Of a DNA stretch of 32,000 nt, positions 25,792 through 32,000 are shown in pieces. Position 1 is the stretch's first letter. Each line of letters starts with the position of its first letter. Location: positions 720,001 through 752,000 of the forward strand of contig OY969931.1 of the NCBI GenBank assembly GCA_963704705.1. The letters run 5' to 3'. The stretch comes from an uncultured bacterium. GTDB lineage: Bacteria; Patescibacteriota; Gracilibacteria; UBA1369; PNNO01. Below the pieces are notes generated by a model. It ran no database searches and was not told the origin of the DNA. It saw only the letters and a program-made list of their open reading frames with translations. Both the position numbers and the translations under genes were made by a program.

Positions 25792-26020
25792 AAAAAAAGC
25801 CTTTCCGGGCTCAAGGACGTAACCCTTTCGGGTCCGCGGTACCACCTTGATTCCTATAAAGGCACTTAATTCGATTTTTTTACGAAGTTTTCTCTTCGGG
25901 GAATTCTACTTGGCTTAAATTATAAGATTAAGCGGTTCTTTTCCCTGCGCGGCCGATTGGCTCTTAAAGAGTGATATCTCTTTAATTAGTCTGCGCATTT
26001 GCCGTACATTTCGTACAATC
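25792..26020 (-). promoter_or_regulatory. T-box leader (riboswitch) of ileS
   Basis: Minus-strand UCAAGGUGGUACCGCGG (T-box core AAGGTGGTACCGCGG at 25834..25848), then ACCC-GAAA-GGGU hairpin, ACGUCCUUGA antiterminator 3' arm, a weak terminator stem and U7 (25798..25792). Confidence 0.93.
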
Positions 26021-26022
26021 TA

Positions 26023-26050
26023 AGAATAACATTTTTTCTTAAAAAAGCAA
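26023..26050 (-). promoter_or_regulatory. Candidate promoter for T-box/ileS transcript
   Basis: Minus strand TTGCTT (26050..26045)-N16-TATTCT (26028..26023). Confidence 0.4.
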
Positions 26051-26052
26051 GG

Positions 26053-26541
26053 TCAATTCAACGAAATCCAATATCTGCAAACTTCATTCTCAATTTCTTT
26101 AAGTTCACCCCCACATGCTTCAATCATTTTTTTGGAAGGAATATTGTTAACATTACAAGTAAGTAAAACCTTATTCAATCCTACTTCATGTGCTTTTTGC
26201 AGGGCAAGTTTCATCGCTTCTTTACCTAAACCCATTCCCCTTTTTGAAGGTCTTATATCAATTCCTATATTACCGCCGACCTTCTCTAGTTCTTGTGTTA
26301 ATTTATGCCTGATTGAAACACGGCCGATATATTCATCGTTTTCTACAATCCAAAAAGTAGACTCCGGAACAAAACCATTTATCAATGGAGCACCTTTAAT
26401 ATAATTATTAATTTTTTCTACATATTTTTCAAAATCTTTTTCTAACTCAAAACGTTTAAAAAGCCCTTGAGCTTCAGGTTCGTTTATCGCTTTTAAAAAA
26501 CTTTCTTTATATTTAACCGAAGGCTTAACAAGTCTGATCAT
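26053..26541 (-). CDS. GNAT family N-acetyltransferase
   Basis: FWIVENDEYIGRVSIRHKL...IGGNIGIDIRPSKRGMGLGKEAMKLALQKAHEVGLNKVLLTCNVNNIPSKKMIEACGG: acetyl-CoA-binding RxxGxG motif. Confidence 0.92.
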   Translation of the reverse strand: MIRLVKPSVKYKESFLKAINEPEAQGLFKRFELEKDFEKYVEKINNYIKGAPLINGFVPESTFWIVENDEYIGRVSIRHKLTQELEKVGGNIGIDIRPSKRGMGLGKEAMKLALQKAHEVGLNKVLLTCNVNNIPSKKMIEACGGELKEIENEVCRYWISLN

Positions 26542-27906
26542 TTATTTATAATCATCAACTAGTTTAACTGCAATTCCAATATATTTTTCAGGTGTAAGTT
26601 TTTTAAGTCTTGCAATTTCAGTTTTTGGCAATCCGGATTTATTTAAAAACTTTGTAATTTCAGTTTTTGTTATATCTTTGCCTCTTGTTAATTCTTTTAA
26701 TTTTTCATATGGATTATCAAGTTTATAGCGTCGCATAACTGTTTGGATTGGCTCTGCAAGAACTTCCCATGAATTATTCAAATCTTCTTTTAATGCTTTT
26801 AAGTTAAGCTGCAGTTTGCCAAGACCTTTAATAGCACTTCTGTAAGCCAGCATGCTGTAGCCAAAAGCTACTCCAACATTCCTTAAAACAGTTGAATCAG
26901 TAAGATCTCTTTGCATCCTTGCGATTGGTAATTTTGCTGAAAAATGCTCAAACATAGCATTTGCCATTCCAAGATTTCCTTCTGAATTTTCAAAATCAAT
27001 CGGGTTAACCTTGTGCGGCATCGCAGATGAACCGATTTCACCTTTAACGGTTTGCTGTTTAAAGTATCCAAGTGAAATATAAGTCCAGACATCACGGTTA
27101 AAATCAATTAAAATAGTATTTATTCGTTTCATTGCGTCAAAAAGTTCTGCCATATAATCATGACATTCAATTTGTGTTGAATAAGAAGCAAATTCAAGGC
27201 CGAGAGATTCAATGAATTTGCTATTCGCTTCAGGCCAGTCAACTTTTGGATAAGCTACGCTGTGAGCATTATAGTTACCTACTGCTCCGTTGAATTTTGC
27301 GCGAATTCTTACCATCATTAAAGATCCGAGCTGTTTATTTAAACGATCAACAACATTTATAAATTCTTTTCCCATGGTTGTAGGGCTTGCGGGCTGACCG
27401 TGTGTTCGAGAAAGCATTGGAGCAGCTTTATATTTAATCGCAAGTTGACCTATTTTTGAAATTACTCCAGTTAACATTGGAACCATTTCATCATCAACAG
27501 ATGACTGAAGCATTAAAGCGTAAGCAGTGTTATTAATATCTTCGGAAGTACAGGCAAAATGAATAAATTCAAAATACTTTTCAAGTCCGCTGCCTTTCAT
27601 TGTTTCTTTTATGTAATATTCAACAGCTTTAACATCATGATTTGTTGTTTTTTCAATATCTTTAATTCTTTGTGCAGCAACCAAATCAAAAGTATTGTAA
27701 AGTTCTCTCAAATCATTGATCTGAGAAGGGGTAAGTACTTTTGTACCTGACAATTTTAGCTTATTGCAAAGGAAAATAAACCATTCAACTTCAACAATAA
27801 TTCTGTATCTTTGAAGACCTGCTTCGCTGAATTGACCGCGAAGTTCATCTACTTTTTCATAATATCTTCCATCAAGTGGAGAAAGTGCAAATAAAGGATC
27901 TAACAT
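26542..27906 (-). CDS. purB: Adenylosuccinate lyase
   Basis: LFALSPLDGRYYEKV, TTNHDVKAVEYYIKE, CTSEDINNTAYALML, LSRTHGQPASPTTMGKE, KGEIGSSAMPHKVNPIDFENSEGN. Confidence 0.97.
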   Translation of the reverse strand: MLDPLFALSPLDGRYYEKVDELRGQFSEAGLQRYRIIVEVEWFIFLCNKLKLSGTKVLTPSQINDLRELYNTFDLVAAQRIKDIEKTTNHDVKAVEYYIKETMKGSGLEKYFEFIHFACTSEDINNTAYALMLQSSVDDEMVPMLTGVISKIGQLAIKYKAAPMLSRTHGQPASPTTMGKEFINVVDRLNKQLGSLMMVRIRAKFNGAVGNYNAHSVAYPKVDWPEANSKFIESLGLEFASYSTQIECHDYMAELFDAMKRINTILIDFNRDVWTYISLGYFKQQTVKGEIGSSAMPHKVNPIDFENSEGNLGMANAMFEHFSAKLPIARMQRDLTDSTVLRNVGVAFGYSMLAYRSAIKGLGKLQLNLKALKEDLNNSWEVLAEPIQTVMRRYKLDNPYEKLKELTRGKDITKTEITKFLNKSGLPKTEIARLKKLTPEKYIGIAVKLVDDYK

Positions 27907-27910
27907 AATA

Positions 27911-28360
27911 TTAAAATTTAGATTTTATAGATTTGATATGTTCTTTAACTTTTTCCAAAAGTTCTTTGTCGGTATTGGCAAGAATTCTGATTGCAGCCAT
28001 TGCCGCGTTTTGCGGATCAACAACTGTTAATACAGGCGTATCACTTGGCATCATCAAAGAAGAATTAACATTAACTGTTAAATCGTCTTTGTCAGCAAAC
28101 GGCGGACATGCAATTACAGGATGAACTGAATTTGCAGCACAAACACCGGATAAACCATTTGATCTGCCGGCAATTGTTATGTAGCAAATAGGCTCAATAT
28201 CACCATTATAATCAGTAACTATATCCAAAACCTTTTCAGGAACTTTATGTGCAGATGCAACTCTAATATCATAAGGTACTTTCCATTCATCCAGAATTTT
28301 AGTGATTTTTTCTGCAAATTGTTTATCTGATTCAGAACCTAGAATTATTGGAACTAACAT
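27911..28360 (-). CDS. purE: Phosphoribosylaminoimidazole carboxylase, class II PurE-type
   Basis: PIILGSESDKQFAEKI, YDIRVASAHKVPEKVL, ITIAGRSNGLSGVCAANSVHPVIACPPFADKDDL...SSLMMPSDTPVLTVVDPQNAAMAAIRIL. The AGRSNGL and CPP motifs and SAHK (not SAHR) are class II-like. Confidence 0.93.
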   Translation of the reverse strand: MLVPIILGSESDKQFAEKITKILDEWKVPYDIRVASAHKVPEKVLDIVTDYNGDIEPICYITIAGRSNGLSGVCAANSVHPVIACPPFADKDDLTVNVNSSLMMPSDTPVLTVVDPQNAAMAAIRILANTDKELLEKVKEHIKSIKSKF

Positions 28361-28371
28361 AATTAATAGGG

Positions 28372-29340
28372 TTATTGCATATATTTTTTTAGATTTTCTT
28401 CAAGACGCGGAAGTACAGGACCAACCTGAGCTTCAAATTTTTGACCGGTAATTAATTCATAAGCTTCAATATATCTTCGCGCTGCTTCAACTCTAACATC
28501 ATCCGGTACCTGTGGCACTTCTCCTTCACCAATAAAGCCTTTGTTTGCAAGCCATTCCCTAACATATTCTTTGTCGATTTTCTTTTGTTCTTCGCCAGAC
28601 TCAAACCTTTTTTGATATTCATCAGCAAACCAGAATCTTGAAGAATCAGGAGTGTGAATTTCATCAATTAAAATAATTTTACCTTCAGGAGTTTTTCCGA
28701 ATTCATATTTGGTATCAACAAGGATAATCCCCTGTTTTGCAGCAATCTCAACTCCTCTTTCAAATAATTTCATTGCTACGTCAGCCATATAATCAAAATC
28801 TTCAGCAGTAATTTTACCTTCAGCCAAAATCTCTTCGCGAGAAGCGGAAACATCGTGGTCGTCATGAGCTGCTTTAGTTGATGGAGTTAAAATTGGTTTA
28901 TCAAATTTCTGATTTTTCTTTAAACCTTCAGGGAGCTCATTCCCGCAGAAATTCCTAACGCCTTTTTCATAATTGTACCAGGCAGATGTTGTTGTAACAC
29001 CCGTAATATACCCTCTAACAACCATTTCAACGGGCATTGCAGAGCACTGCTTTACAACGATTGCATTTGGATCAGGTACTTCAATTGTATGATTTCCAAC
29101 AATATCTTTTGTTTTATCGAACCAAAAAGCAGCCATTTGATTTAAAACCTGACCTTTAAAAGGGATAGTAGTAATAATTTTATCAAAAGCTGACAAACGA
29201 TCCGAAATTACAATAATCCTGCGATCGCCTAAAGTATAATTATCGCGAACTTTACCAATATATTCTTCACCTAAATTTTCAAAATGCACTCCCTGCAGAC
29301 AATTCGGGAGTTGACTTGTTATTTCTTCGATAGAAAACAT
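28372..29340 (-). CDS. purC: Phosphoribosylaminoimidazole-succinocarboxamide synthase (long form)
   Basis: GKVRDNYTLGDRRIIVISDRLSAFD, MPVEMVVRGYITG, ILTPSTKAAHDDHD, ILVDTKYEFGKTPEGKIILIDEIHTPDSSRFW. Confidence 0.97.
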   Translation of the reverse strand: MFSIEEITSQLPNCLQGVHFENLGEEYIGKVRDNYTLGDRRIIVISDRLSAFDKIITTIPFKGQVLNQMAAFWFDKTKDIVGNHTIEVPDPNAIVVKQCSAMPVEMVVRGYITGVTTTSAWYNYEKGVRNFCGNELPEGLKKNQKFDKPILTPSTKAAHDDHDVSASREEILAEGKITAEDFDYMADVAMKLFERGVEIAAKQGIILVDTKYEFGKTPEGKIILIDEIHTPDSSRFWFADEYQKRFESGEEQKKIDKEYVREWLANKGFIGEGEVPQVPDDVRVEAARRYIEAYELITGQKFEAQVGPVLPRLEENLKKYMQ

Positions 29341-29679
29341 GATTGTAAAGTTAGTGTGATTTTATGCTATACGAATTAGCCCCAGTGATCAATAGTTAGT
29401 ATAGGGCCTGTGGAAATTTTTCAACTTGACGATTTTTAAGGATTTTCGAATTACCGGTTTATTTGTAGTGAGATTTGCGGAGTTGTAATTTGATGAAATC
29501 AGATTTGGTTTTGCTTGGATTTTTGTGTGTTATGGCGATTTTGCAGGCTTTGGATAGAATCTGATGGCGAGTCTGGTTCGGGAGTCGACAAAATGTTGCA
29601 TAATCGCTTATTTGAGCCATTTTTGGATTGTTTGGGATTGATGTTTTTGATAAAATTTTGGTACTTAACCAATAAATAT

Positions 29680-30459
29680 ATGACTGATAAAGAATTATAT
29701 AAACTCTGCCAGGAGTATGGAGCAAAAGCCCGCAAATGGAAAAATAAATTTATTGCTTTGCTTCCCGAAGTTGCAAAACGAGGACTTCATAAAAAGAAAG
29801 GGTTTGAATCAATATATGAATTCGCAGCAAAAGTGGGTGGTGTTGCCTATTCCTCAGTTGAAGCTGTTTTAAGGTTGGATAAAAAACTTGAAGACAAACC
29901 AAAACTTAAACAAATGATTGAAAAAGTAGGCGTGAATAAAGTAAGAGTGGTTGCTAATCTGGACAAAAAAGAAGAGGAACTGATTGAAAAAGTACAAACA
30001 TTAACAAAACCAGCACTCGAATTGTTTGCAAAAGAAGAACGGGGGATCCGTCCCGGGACGGAAATGAAAATTTTGAGTTTTCATGTAGATGAAAAGGTTG
30101 AACTTGAATTACGAAAACTCAAAGGCAAAGGAGAAACATTCAATGATGTCATGAAAAAACTTCTTGCGAATATGCCGAAAGAAAAAGAGATAAGGCCGCG
30201 AAAAACAAAGCCATCAAAATCCAGACCAACCCCTGCACAAAAACGTCGCGAAGCTTTGGCCAAAACAAATGGCAAATGCTCTGTTCCCGGCTGCAATAAG
30301 CCGGCCGAAGAAATCCATCATCCAAAACCATGGGCGATCTTCCACAAACACGATGAGCTCGAACCGCTTTGCAAAGCCCATCATGAGCTTGAGCATCAGG
30401 TAGACAATGTGATCGATAAAAAATTTCGGGCTTACAAAATGCAAACTGCGCTGTTTTGA
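29680..30459 (+). CDS. HNH endonuclease domain protein
   Basis: C-terminal GKCSVPGCNKPAEEIHHPKPWAIFHKHDELEPLCKAHHELEH (HNH with Cys zinc site). The track start at 29515 looks like an over-extension; ATG 29680 (MTDKELYKLCQEYG) begins the protein-like composition. Confidence 0.82.
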   Translation: MTDKELYKLCQEYGAKARKWKNKFIALLPEVAKRGLHKKKGFESIYEFAAKVGGVAYSSVEAVLRLDKKLEDKPKLKQMIEKVGVNKVRVVANLDKKEEELIEKVQTLTKPALELFAKEERGIRPGTEMKILSFHVDEKVELELRKLKGKGETFNDVMKKLLANMPKEKEIRPRKTKPSKSRPTPAQKRREALAKTNGKCSVPGCNKPAEEIHHPKPWAIFHKHDELEPLCKAHHELEHQVDNVIDKKFRAYKMQTALF

Positions 30460-30516
30460 ATATTTACTTAACCAGCTTATTTCATATATACTGCCACTGC
30501 TTTAACTTTTTTAAAC

Positions 30517-31824
30517 ATGAATAACACAAAACTTTCGCAGGCGCAGGTTTCGGCTGTACTGGGTACTCAATGGGGTGATGAAGGAAAAGGAAAGCTTGTT
30601 GATATTTTGGCGGAAAAAGCTGATTTAATAATTAGGGCAGCAGGAGGAGCAAATGCAGGACATACAATCTATGTTCCTAAAAAAAACAATCCCGAAGAAA
30701 CAACCAAATTTATTTTTCATTTAATTCCAAGTGGGTGTTTTCATGAAAATAAAGAAATAGTTTTAGGAAATGGCTTGGTGATTCATTTGGGAACTTTAAT
30801 GGAAGAACTCGATACATTAAAAGATCATGGTATAGATTTGAACGGTAAATTATTTATTTCTGACCGTGCTCATATTGTTTTTGAATATCATAAAAAAATC
30901 GACGGACTTGAGGAAGAAAGAAAAGGAGATAAAAAAGTTGGTACAACATTACGAGGTATAGGGCCGGCTTATCAGGATAAAATTGCAAGACGCGGCGTAA
31001 GAATAGGAGAACTCCTTGAATTCGACAAATTTAGCGAGCATGTAAGATCAACATTTATCCAACTTCAAAGAATGTACCCTGATTTAAAACACGATGTTGA
31101 AAAAGAACTTGAAGATATACGAAAAATGCTCGGATTTTTAAGGCCGTTTATTGCTGATACGGCACTTTTTGTAAATACCGCAATTGATTCAGGTAAAAAA
31201 GTTTTGGTTGAAGGAGCGAACGGTACTCATCTTGATATTGATCACGGAACTTATCCGTTTGTTACTTCTTCTAACCCAACCGGAGGCGGCTTACATACCG
31301 GTACTGGAATCGGACTAAATAAAATCACGGATGTTATAGGAATTATGAAGGCTTATTTAACAAGGGTTGGTGAAGGTGTGTTCCCTACTGAACTTGACAA
31401 TGAACTAGGTGAAACAATCAGAGAAAAAGGCGGCGAATATGGTGCAACAACAGGCAGACCGCGAAGATGCGGATGGTTTGATGCGGTTGTAGGAAGATAC
31501 TCTGTAATGATAAACGGATTAACAGCTGTTAATTTAACTAAGCTAGATGTTCTTGATGAACTCCCGCATATAAAATTATGTACGGGCTACAAATATAAAG
31601 GAAAACAAATGAAGTCTATGCCTTCAACTATTGATGCGTACGCTGATTTGGAGCTTGAATATATTGAAATGGACGGATGGAATCAAGATACGAGCAAAGC
31701 ACAAACCTTTGAAGAACTCCCGGAAAACGCACAAAAATACGTATTAAAAATTGAAGAGCTTATTGGCTGCCCTATTAAATACATTGGAATTGGAATGAGA
31801 AGAGATCAAATGATCTACAGATAA
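30517..31824 (+). CDS. purA: Adenylosuccinate synthetase
   Basis: VLGTQWGDEGKGKLVDILAEKADLIIRAAGGANAGHTI, GTTLRGIGPAYQDKIARRG, VLVEGANGTHLDIDHGTYPFVTSSNPT, TTGRPRRCGWFDAV. Confidence 0.98.
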   Translation: MNNTKLSQAQVSAVLGTQWGDEGKGKLVDILAEKADLIIRAAGGANAGHTIYVPKKNNPEETTKFIFHLIPSGCFHENKEIVLGNGLVIHLGTLMEELDTLKDHGIDLNGKLFISDRAHIVFEYHKKIDGLEEERKGDKKVGTTLRGIGPAYQDKIARRGVRIGELLEFDKFSEHVRSTFIQLQRMYPDLKHDVEKELEDIRKMLGFLRPFIADTALFVNTAIDSGKKVLVEGANGTHLDIDHGTYPFVTSSNPTGGGLHTGTGIGLNKITDVIGIMKAYLTRVGEGVFPTELDNELGETIREKGGEYGATTGRPRRCGWFDAVVGRYSVMINGLTAVNLTKLDVLDELPHIKLCTGYKYKGKQMKSMPSTIDAYADLELEYIEMDGWNQDTSKAQTFEELPENAQKYVLKIEELIGCPIKYIGIGMRRDQMIYR

Positions 31825-31825
31825 A

Positions 31826-31999
31826 CTACGCCCCAAGCTGATCAAGATTCTGCTGAAATCTGTCACCAAATTTTTGAGTTGTTCTCATTACTGACTTGAA
31901 GTCGCTATAACCTCTGCGTTTTTGCCAGTCAGTAGGATGTAAGTGATTATCAAAATAATCTCTCATTTCAGATTCTGTTTCAGGTAATGGGATTCCATC
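31826..31999 (-). CDS. 3'-terminal part of a hypothetical protein (5' end beyond window)
   Basis: Open frame reading DGIPLPETESEMRDYFDNHLHPTDWQKRRGYSDFKSVMRTTQKFGDRFQQNLDQLGA*, ending with TAG at 31826..31828, 1 nt from the purA stop. Confidence 0.55.
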   Translation of the reverse strand, partial: DGIPLPETESEMRDYFDNHLHPTDWQKRRGYSDFKSVMRTTQKFGDRFQQNLDQLGA

Positions 32000-32000
32000 T

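Noticed and set aside
29515-29679. N-terminal extension of the HNH protein in the ORF track (MDFCVLWRFCRLWIESDG...)
   Set aside because: Composition is unlike the rest of the protein and resembles translated G/T-rich intergenic DNA. ATG 29680 is a better start.
29459-29735. Two overlapping minus-strand ORFs (88 aa and 78 aa) between purC and the HNH gene
   Set aside because: They overlap each other in different frames, have low-complexity composition and show no recognisable domains. The antisense HNH 5' extension is also unconvincing.
1-32000. Possible UGA recoding (Gracilibacteria-like code 25), CRISPR array, tRNA genes or ncRNA other than the T-box
   Set aside because: UGA is used as a terminator in several confident genes (WecG-like, ribE), with no in-frame UGA interrupting conserved domains. 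No direct-repeat array or tRNA-like cloverleaf was recognised by eye. A tRNAscan-SE/Infernal run would be decisive.

Overview
AT-rich bacterial chromosomal window, densely packed with genes. It uses the standard code: UGA is a normal stop, e.g. for the WecG-like gene and ribE. The gene set (wecG/tagA-like, gatB, coaE, fmt, O-antigen ligase-like, ssb, ribE-ribH, pgk, RidA, ruvX, rplI, secG, ileS, purB-purE-purC, purA) and several small orphan proteins suggest a Patescibacteria/CPR-type genome, perhaps Peregrinibacteria-like. That placement is inference only. No rRNA, tRNA, CRISPR array or clear transposon was recognised. The strongest candidates for something unusual are: (1) a threonine-synthase-like PLP enzyme fused to a LeuA-type (isopropylmalate synthase) subdomain plus allosteric domain, with two altered active-site motifs and a RidA gene 9 nt upstream (14106..16337, minus); (2) a T-box leader for ileS with what looks like a very short Stem I and an AUC-containing loop (about 25792..26020, minus); (3) a tandem pair of related imperfect hairpins between that T-box and ileS (25681..25790); (4) a class II (CO2-using, animal-like) PurE; (5) a perfect 14-bp stem-loop abutting the GTG start of a glycosyltransferase (10415..10455). 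All product calls come from reading motifs and remembered family signatures. No database search or folding program was run.
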